Positions 20,615-30,026 are shown, counted from the stretch's first letter. The stretch is 64,000 nt of DNA from an uncultured Gemmatimonadales bacterium (GCA_963798085.1 CAWCRS010000003.1:480001-544000), one strand, 5' to 3'. Numbers and translations: made by a program. The notes: generated by a model not told the origin, from the letters alone.

Positions 20615-20749
20615 GGGTACTCCTTTACTCAAAGCAACAAACGGGGGCTTTGATGTTGCGCGCTGGCTCCCGTCCGTCGGCGTAGCGGAAATCTGGAATT
20701 TTCGCGCGTCCCGGTTTCGCCCCTCGAATCCTCTCCGGAACCGACCAAT

Positions 20750-20778
20750 ACGATAACGATCGGAGGTCTTTTTCTCAA
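20750..20778 (-). promoter_or_regulatory. Candidate sigma-70 promoter for the ECF gene
   Basis: TTGAGA-17 nt-TATCGT on the minus strand. Confidence 0.5.
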
Positions 20779-20987
20779 GGGGAAAATGACGCGCACGCGC
20801 CCGCCTGCGAACCCCCCGGCCGCTCTCACAAAAGGCCGAAGGGCAATCACATAGGACGCGTCGCTTCCGAGGACATTGAGGGCTGGGGAGCCCGGCGCCT
20901 CTACCTTTCGCCGGCAGGCGGGGATCCCGCCCGCGCAGGCAACTGCGCCGGACTCCAGGACCTCTTGCCAGGCTTGGCCGCAACCTC

Positions 20988-22070
20988 CTAGTGTAGTGTG
21001 GCCAAAGTCTCTTTGGCTTTGGCGACTTTGGAGAGGATGCTGTTCAGCGAAGCCGTCCAGAGGAATGGCTTTGGGTCGAGGTTGCGCGTATCCAGATAAG
21101 CGGAGATCGCCGCAATCAACTGGTCGACGTTATGGACAACCAGCCGGCGGAGCTGGCGTACGGTGAGTTCACTGAAAAGGCGTTCCACAAGGTTCGCCCA
21201 GGACGACGACGTGGGCACGAAATAGAATTGGACCCGTGGGTTGCGCTCCAGCCAGGCGAGGACTTCGGGCGTCTTGTGGCTGGACGCGTTGTCGAGGATG
21301 AAATAGACGTCGAGTGGCTTGGGGACCGTGCGCACCACCTTTCGTGCGAAGCGCAGAAACTCGCTGGCGCGGTGGCGGGGCATGCATTCATGCACCACGC
21401 TGCCGGTCTTGATCTCGAGTGCGGCAAAGAGCGTGGTCGTCCCGTGACGCTTGTAGTCGTGGGTCATTGTGCCGGCCCGTCCCTTCTTGAGCGGCAAGCC
21501 GGGCTGCGTACGATCCAGCGCCTGGATCTGACTCTTCTCATCAACCGCAAAGACCACAGCATGCTCCGGCGGATGGAGATACAGGCCCACGACCGCCCGC
21601 AGCTTCTTTACGAAGTCCGGATCCCTGGAAAGCGTGAAGGTGCGGATGCGATGGGGCTTGATCCCGTGACCGCGCCAGACGCGCGCCACCGTGGTGGGGT
21701 GCCACCCGAGTTCCCTGGCCATGATCCGCGTACTCCAGTGCGTGCCATTCGGCGGGCGCGTCTCCAGCGTCTTCTTGACCATGGCCTCTTCGTGCGCTGC
21801 CGTGATCCACTTCGGTCGGCCCGTGCGCGGTCGATCGCTCAGCAACGCCGGCAGGCCGCCCTCTTCATACCGGTCGAGCCACAAGGTCACGGTCGGCCGC
21901 GATACGTGCACCGCCGCGCAGATCGCCTGACCCGACAGGCCCTGTGCCGAAGCCAGCACAATACGGGCGCGTTCGGCGATGCGCTGGGGGGTCGTGCGCT
22001 TGCGCATCAATTCCTCGAGACGTTTCTGATCGCCTCGGCGTAACCGGATTACTCGCGTGGGCAATGGCAT
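20988..22070 (-). CDS. IS630 family DDE transposase
   Basis: N-terminal HTH; VDEKSQIQAL, HDYKRHGTTTLFAAL, LDNASSHK and SSWANLVER motifs; stop codon lies in the terminal repeat. Confidence 0.95.
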   Translation of the reverse strand: MPLPTRVIRLRRGDQKRLEELMRKRTTPQRIAERARIVLASAQGLSGQAICAAVHVSRPTVTLWLDRYEEGGLPALLSDRPRTGRPKWITAAHEEAMVKKTLETRPPNGTHWSTRIMARELGWHPTTVARVWRGHGIKPHRIRTFTLSRDPDFVKKLRAVVGLYLHPPEHAVVFAVDEKSQIQALDRTQPGLPLKKGRAGTMTHDYKRHGTTTLFAALEIKTGSVVHECMPRHRASEFLRFARKVVRTVPKPLDVYFILDNASSHKTPEVLAWLERNPRVQFYFVPTSSSWANLVERLFSELTVRQLRRLVVHNVDQLIAAISAYLDTRNLDPKPFLWTASLNSILSKVAKAKETLATLH

Positions 22071-22128
22071 GCAGCAGGATACAATATCCACGCACATTAT
22101 GCAAGATACTTCTGCCACACTACACTAG
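20988..22128 (-). mobile_element. IS630 family insertion sequence, complete
   Basis: Terminal inverted repeats CTAGTGTAGTGTGGCcaAAGTcTCTT / CTAGTGTAGTGTGGCagAAGTaTCTT; CTAG at both ends, consistent with TA duplication. Confidence 0.95.
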
Positions 22129-22922
22129 TGGCAGTCGAGCTGGCCGTTGCTGGGCGTGAACCGCGCTCGCTTCGAGCCGTCCGCACCCTTGAGCAGAATC
22201 ACCGGTGAGCAGTTCGTCACCAGCTCCCCATCCGCGCTCGCCAGCGCTTCGCTCCTGCCGACGCGCAGGTTGAAATCCGAATCACGAGGCACCAAGATCA
22301 GGAGATCAATGGGCGGCGCATCACCCAGGCTGATCGTCATCTGTCGTGGATCACCCTGGCGCAGCACCAGCGGCACGCTTGACGCGATGCCGAATTGGCT
22401 GCCCGCGAGCCGCACTTCGAGACTGCGCACGCTCTTGACGTCCGCGAACGCCATCACCTGCGGCGTTTCCGCGTTCACGTACGTCAGCACCATGCCGCGA
22501 GGCAGCATTGCGCCCAGTCCGCCTTCGCCTTCCGAGGCGCCAGTCCAGCGGAACGTCGCTTCCGCGCTGCCCGGTGTCGCCTGCAGATCGTGAGTATCCG
22601 GTGTCGCCACCTGAACTCGAACGTTCTCCGGAACGATCACCAGGTACTCCACATCTGTGTTCCCCAGCGAGGAGAGCCGCAGGCGGTCCTTCACCACCCC
22701 TGCCAGCCCGAATCCGGTAAATCCACCCGCCGCTCGTGCCGCAACGTCGATCTGGCCCGGGCCGCCGCGCACCACGCGCAGCACGCCAGCGGTGTGGTCC
22801 AGTACCTCGATGACCAGATTGTCGTTGAAGAACTGGAAGGTCCGGCGTGACACATCGTTTTGCGCCGCCGCGGGGGCCGCCGAACCCGCCACGAGCAGGA
22901 ACACCAGCCATCTCGCCCGCAT
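22125..22922 (-). CDS. Hypothetical secreted beta-rich protein
   Basis: Signal peptide ending AAAQ; AGGAGG RBS. Confidence 0.75.
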   Translation of the reverse strand: MRARWLVFLLVAGSAAPAAAQNDVSRRTFQFFNDNLVIEVLDHTAGVLRVVRGGPGQIDVAARAAGGFTGFGLAGVVKDRLRLSSLGNTDVEYLVIVPENVRVQVATPDTHDLQATPGSAEATFRWTGASEGEGGLGAMLPRGMVLTYVNAETPQVMAFADVKSVRSLEVRLAGSQFGIASSVPLVLRQGDPRQMTISLGDAPPIDLLILVPRDSDFNLRVGRSEALASADGELVTNCSPVILLKGADGSKRARFTPSNGQLDCH

Positions 22923-23125
22923 GGTAACCTCCTGCAGGGTCTGAATGGGCCGAGGGGCCCGGACACCAATGCGTGCCCGTGGCCAAGGTCAGGTGTCCGA
23001 AAGCGCTGCGTGCAAATGGGCGGGTCCGTCCGCGTGGGGAGGCTCGCAGACGCGCGGGACAAGGGAATCTAATCAACCGCACAACCGGCCGGGAAGCGCT
23101 GCAACCCACCGGGCGGGAAACCGGC

Positions 23126-24283
23126 TCAGCCTTGCCGTTCCTCGCGCACGATCACAACGCCGCGCTCCGCCAGCTTGCTGACGTACGCGTCCGCGCGGAT
23201 CGCCTGGTCCGGTGTGTTCACGCCGGCGCCTGCAGACTCTCCCTCGACCTGCATCTGGCCCGTGATGGAGAGCGAGTAGCCGGTACTCCGTTCCATCGCG
23301 CTGATGCCCCGCTCCTCGTCGAAGTAGTCCACCAGCTCGTACGTGATGGTAATCGGTGCGCCCCCGCGCGCGCCTCGTACCTCGACGCGCAGCGCCACCA
23401 GATCGCGTGCGCCCGGCCGCTTCAGGCGGGGCTCGGCGCATGCAATGAACACATCGCGCGGCGCGATCTGCACGCCTTTCACTTTGACCGGGTCCTTGCT
23501 CAGCAGGCCCAGGCCACGGATCGCCCGCATCGTGTCGGCGTGACCCGGATAACGCAACGTCTTGTACTCCATCTCCTGGATTCGACCCTCGTACGTCCAG
23601 GCCAGTGTCGAAAGCCCGCCGGCGGTGTGAAACGCTTCCAGCCTGCCCACCGGTTCCGCGAAATCGACAGGTTCCAGCTCCGACAGCGCTTCGACCTGTG
23701 CACGTTTGCCACCGCGCAGCACCCATGAAGGCGTCGTGTAGTAGTCGATCACACCTTCGAGGGAATAGACGATCTGGTAGTTCAGCGGCGGCATTGGGTG
23801 CTGCGGCAGGCCGCCCACGAGAATGCGAAGCGACTGCGTTTCATCCAGCGCCCGGATCCCGGCCTCGCCCAGGATGTTCACCATGCCAGGCGCCAGGCCG
23901 CAATCGGGAATCACGCTGACCGCTTTCGCCTTCGCCTCGGCATCCAGCTTGAGTTGCGCGAAGACGATCTCGGTGTTGCCTCCCAGATCACAGCAGTGAA
24001 TGCCGGATTCGATGGCTGCACGCGCGATCTCGAGATTGAAGTAGTACGGCAGCGCGTTGAGACATGCGTGCACGCCGCGCATCGCCGCGCGCACGGCCAA
24101 ACCATCTCGCGCATCCAGCACCACTGTTTCGAAGCGCGGATCACCAATGTACGGTTGCAGGAACGCCGGCAGCTCCGTCGTGCGCTGGTCCGCAAGGCGG
24201 ACAAGCTCGACTGCCGGATTCTGCAACAGGTCGTACGCGCAGGCCGAACCCTGCAGGCCCGCGCCCAGCACCAGCATGCGCAT
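23126..24283 (-). CDS. Saccharopine dehydrogenase family oxidoreductase (lysine 6-dehydrogenase-like)
   Basis: VLGAGLQG, DLGGN, DCGLAPG and YKTLRYPGH motifs; GGAGG RBS. Confidence 0.9.
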   Translation of the reverse strand: MRMLVLGAGLQGSACAYDLLQNPAVELVRLADQRTTELPAFLQPYIGDPRFETVVLDARDGLAVRAAMRGVHACLNALPYYFNLEIARAAIESGIHCCDLGGNTEIVFAQLKLDAEAKAKAVSVIPDCGLAPGMVNILGEAGIRALDETQSLRILVGGLPQHPMPPLNYQIVYSLEGVIDYYTTPSWVLRGGKRAQVEALSELEPVDFAEPVGRLEAFHTAGGLSTLAWTYEGRIQEMEYKTLRYPGHADTMRAIRGLGLLSKDPVKVKGVQIAPRDVFIACAEPRLKRPGARDLVALRVEVRGARGGAPITITYELVDYFDEERGISAMERSTGYSLSITGQMQVEGESAGAGVNTPDQAIRADAYVSKLAERGVVIVREERQG

Positions 24284-24580
24284 GTCGCCCTCCACACGAA
24301 AACGGCGCCGTGCGGGCGCCGTCCATTCTTCCTTTCCGACTCGCGGCTGCCACCAGGCGCACGCCCGGAGGTGGCGCTTGGGCCGCAAGTCTGGCGCGCC
24401 GGCAGCGCGTCTGTCAATCAGGATTCTGACGACGACGCTCATTCCTGTTTTCGACGCTGCCTCCGTACCAGCATGACGCCCTGATGACACCGCACCAGCT
24501 TGACTGCCTCGTCGGGCTCGTCCATCGTTCCTGTGCGAAGGTCGCCGCTGCGATCACCAACCTCCAGTCAGGACGCACGG

Positions 24581-25529
24581 ATGAGTCGTTTCACCGAAGA
24601 CGAGATCAAGCAGAAAGTCAAGGAAGGCTACATCCTCGAGTCTCCGGGCGAGATCGACCGAGGGATACCGCAAGGCGCTCATCGTGCAGCTGCTGGTGCA
24701 GGGGGACACCGAGCTGATGAGCGCGCCTGCCTACTGGATGGCGGCGCAGGACGCTCCCTCGACCAACACGCAGGTCTCCGCCGTGGCGATCATCCAGGAT
24801 GAAATCGCGCACGCCAACATTGCGTACCGCATCCTCGAGGACATGGGGCTCGACAAGGAGCACCTCGTCTACGGTCGCGAGCCGCACGAATTCAAACATC
24901 CTTATGGCTTCGACCAGCCTCTCGAGAGCTGGGCCGAGCTGGTTACGGCCAACGGCTTTTTCGATCGCGCGGGCATCACCCTGCTCTCCGACGTCTACCG
25001 CAACACGAGCTACGGGCCGCTCAAGCGCGCGCTCGTGAAGGTTGATCTCGAAGAGACGTTCCACCTGCGGCACGGCGAAGTGTGGATGAAGCGCCTGGCC
25101 AAGGCAGGCGGCGAGGCCAGGGAGCGGCTGCAGCGCGCGGTCGATTGGATGTTCCCCATGACCATCGAGTGGTTCGGCCTGCCCGACAGTATGAAGCGCC
25201 ACAGCGGTCAGCTCGAGTACCGCCTCAAGGGCATGACCAACGACGAGTTGCGACAGACCTGGATGTCTGCCACGGTTCCGCTCTCTGAATCGCTCGGCCT
25301 CCGCGTGCCCGCGCACTTCGACGCCGAACAGCAGCGCTACGTACTCGATTACCCGTTCCCATGCGAGTACGATGACGCCGCCAAACACTGGGATTTCACG
25401 GGCGGCGAGATCTCGTGGGAGCGCGTCTTCGAGCGCTGGAAGGCCAGAGGTCCCATGAACGTGCGCTACGTGGAGTCGGTGCGGCGCAGCCACGGTCCCA
25501 TGCGTGACATGATGTCTCGCGCCGCATGA
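24581..25529 (+). CDS. paaA: Phenylacetyl-CoA epoxidase catalytic subunit-like di-iron protein; frameshift near 24654
   Basis: MSRFTEDEIKQKVKEGYILES joins TEGYRKALIVQLLVQGDTE; di-iron motifs QDEIAH and EETFH; about 315 aa after correction. Confidence 0.85.
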
Positions 25530-25903
25530 CCCAGAAGCAACCGATGGTATCGCAGGCGACGCTTCCTGTCTCCACTTCACCGGCGGCTATGGAAGCCGGC
25601 TCGAGCAGGCTGTGGGATGCGCTGCGTGAAGTGCGCGACCCGGAGCTGCCCGTCAGTCTCGTCGACCTCGGTCTCATTTACGCCATTCGATCGCACGGCT
25701 CGCATGTCGAACTGGATTTGACGTTCACCGCCACCGCATGCCCATGCATGGACTTCATTCGCGAGGATATCCGCGCGCGGCTGTTGCAGGAGCCGGGCGT
25801 CGAGACCATCGAGATTCGTGAAGTCTGGGACCCACCATGGTCGGCCGACCGCATCACACCGGCAGGCCGCGAGGCGTTGCGTCGTTGCGGCGTCGCGGCC
25901 TGA
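25526..25903 (+). CDS. paaD: DUF59/PaaD N-terminal-type metal-sulfur cluster assembly protein
   Basis: VRDPELPVSLVDLGLI, TATACPC and WDPPWSADRITPAGR motifs; no C-terminal zinc ribbon. Confidence 0.85.
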   Translation: MTQKQPMVSQATLPVSTSPAAMEAGSSRLWDALREVRDPELPVSLVDLGLIYAIRSHGSHVELDLTFTATACPCMDFIREDIRARLLQEPGVETIEIREVWDPPWSADRITPAGREALRRCGVAA

Positions 25904-25925
25904 ATCCGCGAGGCACAGGCACAGC

Positions 25926-26147
25926 ATGCCGCACCTGAAAGTCTACGAGGTCTTCGCTCGCAAGACGCGCGGCGAACCGCTGCACCACATCGGCAATCTG
26001 AATGCGCCGGACGATGAGCTGGCGCGCGTCTATGCGTACGACACGTACGACGAAGAGAAGTGGTTCGACATGTGGGTGGTGTCGCGAACCGAATTCCATG
26101 AGGTCTTCAATCGGGGTGATGCCGATGGCGCCGCGCGGGGAGGTTGA
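25926..26147 (+). CDS. paaB: Phenylacetyl-CoA epoxidase subunit B-like protein
   Basis: YEVFAR..HIGNLNAPDDELA..MWVV pattern; position in the operon. Confidence 0.8.
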   Translation: MPHLKVYEVFARKTRGEPLHHIGNLNAPDDELARVYAYDTYDEEKWFDMWVVSRTEFHEVFNRGDADGAARGG

Positions 26148-26149
26148 TC

Positions 26150-26929
26150 GTGGCGAGTGAGCTGACACCCGCAGCGCGCGCGGCTACGCGCAACCTCATT
26201 CTGATTCTCGCCGACTCCAAGCGTCTGCTGGGCATGCGCTACGCCGACTGGATCCTTGGTGCGCCCGAGCTTGAAGCCGGCATCGCCTGCGCTTCCATGG
26301 CCCAGGACGAGTGGGGTCACGGCCGCTTGCTGTATGCCCTGCTCAAGGATTTCGACGAGGATGTGGAGCGCCTCGAACACGGCCGTGAGCCAGCCGAATA
26401 CGTCTCGATCGAAGTGCTCGACCGTGAGCCGGCAACGTGGCCCAATGTCGTCGCCCTCAATGCGCTCGTTGATGGCGCGCTCAGCGTGCAGCTCGAGGCT
26501 TTCCTCGACTCTTCGTGGGTGCCGCTCCGCCAGCGGGTGGAAAAACTGCTCGAAGAAGAGCGTTTCCATGCGGCCCACGGCAGGGCCTGGCTGCGACGGC
26601 TGTCACGCGGCGGGGAATCGTCCCGGCTCGCCATGAAACAGGCGGCGGAGGAAGTGCTGCCTGGCGTTACCCGATGGTTCGGCCCGGACTCCGATCTCGC
26701 GCGCGCCACCGTCGCAGGGGGCGTGACCAATGCGGCGGGCACCCAGCTACGCGATCGCTTCTACGAACGCCTGGGACCCCTGCTCGACGAGCTGGGCGTT
26801 CGGACCGCAGACACACCGTCGTTTCAGGATTTCGATGAGACGACGCGCCGCGTCGGCCGGGACGGTCCCGATGCCGGCACGATCGCGCAGGTTCGTGGCG
26901 ATAAGAACCGCGCCTTTCTGATGGATTGA
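26150..26929 (+). CDS. paaC: Phenylacetyl-CoA epoxidase subunit C-like ferritin-fold protein
   Basis: LADSKRLLG..APELEAGIA..QDEWGHGR..EEERFH; GGAGG before GTG at 26150. Confidence 0.85.
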   Translation: MASELTPAARAATRNLILILADSKRLLGMRYADWILGAPELEAGIACASMAQDEWGHGRLLYALLKDFDEDVERLEHGREPAEYVSIEVLDREPATWPNVVALNALVDGALSVQLEAFLDSSWVPLRQRVEKLLEEERFHAAHGRAWLRRLSRGGESSRLAMKQAAEEVLPGVTRWFGPDSDLARATVAGGVTNAAGTQLRDRFYERLGPLLDELGVRTADTPSFQDFDETTRRVGRDGPDAGTIAQVRGDKNRAFLMD

Positions 26930-27147
26930 TGAGCCACGCCTCGCCTCCGAACGCCCGCGACTACGGCCTCCCCGAGCACGTCGTCTGCCCCTTCTGCGAT
27001 CACAGCGAGACCGAGCTGCATTCACCATTCGGGCCGCAGCTCTCCGTCGCCACATACTGGTGTCACCGCTGCCACACGGCCTTCGAGTGGATCAAATGGA
27101 AGACTCCCCCAGTCCGCCACGCTCGCGGCAAGGACGAGGCTGACTGA
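26929..27147 (+). CDS. Stand-alone PaaD-type zinc ribbon protein
   Basis: CPFC...T...SPFG...YWCHRCHTAFEWIK; TGATG overlaps on both sides. Confidence 0.75.
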   Translation: MSHASPPNARDYGLPEHVVCPFCDHSETELHSPFGPQLSVATYWCHRCHTAFEWIKWKTPPVRHARGKDEAD

Positions 27148-27803
27148 TGCCGTGCAGCTGCTGCGCCGTCGGGCTGAACGAGATCTTCAATGATCGCATT
27201 GCCCGGCACGAGGCGAGGCGGTTCCTGCGGCGAGGACTGCCCAGGCGATCGCGCAAGCTGCTCGCCGCCATTACGCGCAGCATGTCGCTGGCTGGTGCCG
27301 ATTCCCTCGAGGTTGGCGCCGGGATCGGCGCCATCACCATTACGCTGCTGCGTGCGGGAGAGTCGCGCGCGCGCATCGTGGACGCGGCTCCAGCTTACGT
27401 CGCCGCTGCGCGCCGACTCGCCGCGGAATGCGGCGTTGCCGATCATCTGGACATCGAACTCGCGGATTACGCCGCATGGGAAACCACCGACGTGATGGTG
27501 GATCTCATCGTGATGGATCGCGTAGTCTGCTGTTATCCGGCCTGGCTGGAACTGCTGCAACCCGCCTCTCGGCAGGCCCGCAAGATCATCGCGCTTACCT
27601 ACCCGAGAACGGCGTGGTGGACCCGATTCGGCGTGGCCGCCGTAAATCAGCTGCAGCGTATGCGGCGCATGTCATTTCGCGTATATGTGCATTCACCCGC
27701 CGCGATGCATGAGGCGCTGCGGAGGCTCGGTTTCTCCACTCGGGTCGAGGGCCACCACGGCCCCTGGGAAATCCTGGTGGCAACGCGCACGGGTCAGGCC
27801 TGA
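27147..27803 (+). CDS. Class I SAM-dependent methyltransferase
   Basis: LEVGAGIG motif I; DRVVCCYP; N-terminal CSCC. Confidence 0.85.
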   Translation: MPCSCCAVGLNEIFNDRIARHEARRFLRRGLPRRSRKLLAAITRSMSLAGADSLEVGAGIGAITITLLRAGESRARIVDAAPAYVAAARRLAAECGVADHLDIELADYAAWETTDVMVDLIVMDRVVCCYPAWLELLQPASRQARKIIALTYPRTAWWTRFGVAAVNQLQRMRRMSFRVYVHSPAAMHEALRRLGFSTRVEGHHGPWEILVATRTGQA

Positions 27804-28789
27804 GACAGGATCCAGCTCACAGTCTCCGGTAGACCCTCGGACAGAGATCGCGGCTTCCATCCGAGTTCGCGCGTTGCCCGCTCGTGACCGCATACCCAGC
27901 GCAGGCCTGCTGTGCCCGCAATGGCTTCGCGGCTCAGGCCGAAGCGCCGCCCTGTGAGCCGTGCCAGCACGTCCATCGCCGATCCGACGAGCAGCGCGAC
28001 ACCCGCCGGCATCCGCAGCAGCGGCGGCCGGCGGCCCGCCAGTCCCGCCACCCGCATGGCTACATCATTCACGCTGGCTGCCTCACCGGATAGAACGTAG
28101 TTCGGCCCCGGTGCACCACGATCAAGGATCGCGACCATGCCCGCAGCTACGTCATCCACATGCACGTACGAGTACCAGCCCGGATCGCTCAACAGCCCCG
28201 GCAAACGGCCCGTCGCCGCATCCCGGAGGAACCGGCCGCCCGGCCCCGTATCACCCGGACCATACACAAAAGCCGGACTCACAATGAGAAGAGCCAGGCC
28301 CTCCCGCTGCGCAGCGCGCGCGAGATGATGCGCTTCCGTCTTGGTCCGGTGATAGACAGTCGGATAAGGCCCGTGCCAGTCCGCCTCCTCATTGGCGTCG
28401 CCTTCTCGAACCGGCCCCAGTGCAGCGACCGTCGACACATGGATGGCGCGCCGAATGCCTGCGTTGCGCACGGCTTCGATAAACACGCGCGTGCCGTCAA
28501 TATTGACGCGCTCGAATGCCGCCACATCGACCGGGCCCACATCGTACAACCCGGCGAGGTGGATCGCCGCATCAACGCCCCGCATGCCTTCGGCCATGGC
28601 TGACGCATCGGCCACGTCGCCGCGCACCAGCACGACGCCCGTCGGTGTGAGCTCCAAGGCGCGCCCCGGATCGCGCACGAGGCAGCGCAGGCGGTAGCCA
28701 CGGGCGGCGAGCAGCGCCGCCACCCGACGCCCAATGAAACCCGTGGCACCCGTGAGAAAGATCGTCTGGGCGTCTGCGGCGGGACTCAC
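27794..28789 (-). CDS. NAD-dependent epimerase/dehydratase (extended SDR, HpnA/DFR-like)
   Basis: TGATGFIG, YHRTK (YxxxK) and VYGPGD motifs. Confidence 0.9.
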   Translation of the reverse strand: MSPAADAQTIFLTGATGFIGRRVAALLAARGYRLRCLVRDPGRALELTPTGVVLVRGDVADASAMAEGMRGVDAAIHLAGLYDVGPVDVAAFERVNIDGTRVFIEAVRNAGIRRAIHVSTVAALGPVREGDANEEADWHGPYPTVYHRTKTEAHHLARAAQREGLALLIVSPAFVYGPGDTGPGGRFLRDAATGRLPGLLSDPGWYSYVHVDDVAAGMVAILDRGAPGPNYVLSGEAASVNDVAMRVAGLAGRRPPLLRMPAGVALLVGSAMDVLARLTGRRFGLSREAIAGTAGLRWVCGHERATRELGWKPRSLSEGLPETVSWILSQA

Positions 28790-28857
28790 GCGGGGCGTTC
28801 CTCCAGGGGGACTGCGATGGGCTCTGCGTTTCAGGAAGCTATTGGAGGAACGGGGCG

Positions 28858-29202
28858 TCAGCGAACCGGGCCTGTGACGTGCCAGCCGATATCGACCCGT
28901 TCCGCCCCCTGGCCAGCCTCCTGCTTCGGGATCACGACATCGAGCTCACGAGTCCGCTCGAGTCGATCCTGTGTGGCTCGTCCACCCGTCGAGCTGTGAC
29001 CCACGATGGTGACCAGGCGTTCGGTACCCGCTGCCGACCCGATGCGCATCTTCCGGCCCGGCGCCAGGTCCTTCATGGATGGAGCGCCGTCCAGGAGACG
29101 GAGGCGAAGCAGCATGCCCCGCAAGGGCACTTCCAGCGCGTCTGAAACGCGGAAGCGAAAGCCTCCGGCCCCCGTTCCCGATGGGTCCTGTTTGCCTGTC
29201 AT
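28858..29202 (-). CDS. Hypothetical small beta-barrel protein
   Basis: Protein-like ORF FRFRVSDALEVPLRGMLLRLRLLDG. Confidence 0.6.
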   Translation of the reverse strand: MTGKQDPSGTGAGGFRFRVSDALEVPLRGMLLRLRLLDGAPSMKDLAPGRKMRIGSAAGTERLVTIVGHSSTGGRATQDRLERTRELDVVIPKQEAGQGAERVDIGWHVTGPVR

Positions 29203-29335
29203 GAATCGATCTTCCGTGGGCTTTCCCAAACTCCACCGCGCGGCCCTCGCACACTGGTCGGTACAGGCTACAGAGCGCTCTGCCGCGCGTCAATCGGAGC
29301 TTTCGTTCCGTCCCTGACCCGTGCAGTCGCGATTC

Positions 29336-29364
29336 TTGACTTCCTCCGGGGCGGCCGCTAGTCT
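29336..29364 (+). promoter_or_regulatory. Sigma-70 promoter upstream of the cold-shock gene
   Basis: TTGACT-17 nt-TAGTCT. Confidence 0.65.
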
Positions 29365-29436
29365 TGTCAAGTTTTCAGTTCGGCTGGAAGACTCCGATTT
29401 TCGAACAAGCGAGCTGTCTCCGTTAACCAAATGGTA

Positions 29437-29474
29437 CGGGACCTGCGGCGACACGCGGGGACCCGGATTTTTTT
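29437..29474 (+). terminator. Terminator-like hairpin plus T7 inside the csp leader
   Basis: CGGG.CCTGCG-GCGACA-CGCGGG..CCCG followed by GATTTTTTT. Confidence 0.45.
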
Positions 29475-29589
29475 GCGCCTGCCGCGCGGCGCACACAACC
29501 GGGCGCGGCGGTCACAGGGTACGGAAGAGCACAATCGCACCGGACCTGCGACACACAGAACAACCCATCTACACCAAGGAGTTCGGGCG

Positions 29590-29919
29590 ATGGCTCGTGT
29601 CAGTGGTACCGTCAAGTGGTTCTCTCAGGAGAAGGGGTACGGCTTCCTCCAGCGCGAAGGCGCAGCCGACGTCTTCGTGCACTACAGCGCGATCGACGGC
29701 AACGGGTTCAAGGTCCTCTATGAGGGCGAGCCCGTCGAGTTCGACGTGATCGAGGAGGCGAAGGGTCCGAAGGCAGCCAACGTCGTGCGGCTCAATCCGC
29801 CGGCGCAGCCGCCCAGGGCCCCGCGCCCGGCTGGTGGTCCGCCACGGCAGGAACGCTCCGGCGGTCCGCGGGGTGGTGGCGGCGGCGGCTTCAACCGCCG
29901 TCCCGAGGGCCGCTACTAG
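29590..29919 (+). CDS. Cold-shock domain protein with a Pro/Gly/Arg-rich C-terminal tail
   Basis: GTVKWF, RNP1 KGYGFL, RNP2 VFVHYS and GPKAANV; AAGGAG RBS. Confidence 0.95.
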   Translation: MARVSGTVKWFSQEKGYGFLQREGAADVFVHYSAIDGNGFKVLYEGEPVEFDVIEEAKGPKAANVVRLNPPAQPPRAPRPAGGPPRQERSGGPRGGGGGGFNRRPEGRY

Positions 29920-29936
29920 GCCGACGACGGTACGAA

Positions 29937-29973
29937 CAAGACGCCCGCGGACTCCGAGTTCGCGGGCGTCTTG
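29937..29973 (+). terminator. Hairpin after the csp gene
   Basis: CAAGACGCCCGCG...CGCGGGCGTCTTG, 13-bp perfect stem. Confidence 0.7.
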
Positions 29974-30026
29974 GCGTTTCTGCGACGAGCTTGACCGGTG
30001 AGGCTCGACGCGCGACACTCCGCGCC

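Noticed and set aside
24391..24430. GG-N10-GC match and GTCA-N10-TGAC palindrome upstream of paaA
   Set aside because: The -12 element is CAGC rather than TTGC and the palindrome is only 4 bp; expected by chance at this GC content
27794..28789. Extended SDR as the ceramide reductase of the sphingolipid pathway
   Set aside because: More than 30 kb from the operon and a generic HpnA/DFR-like sequence; nothing links it
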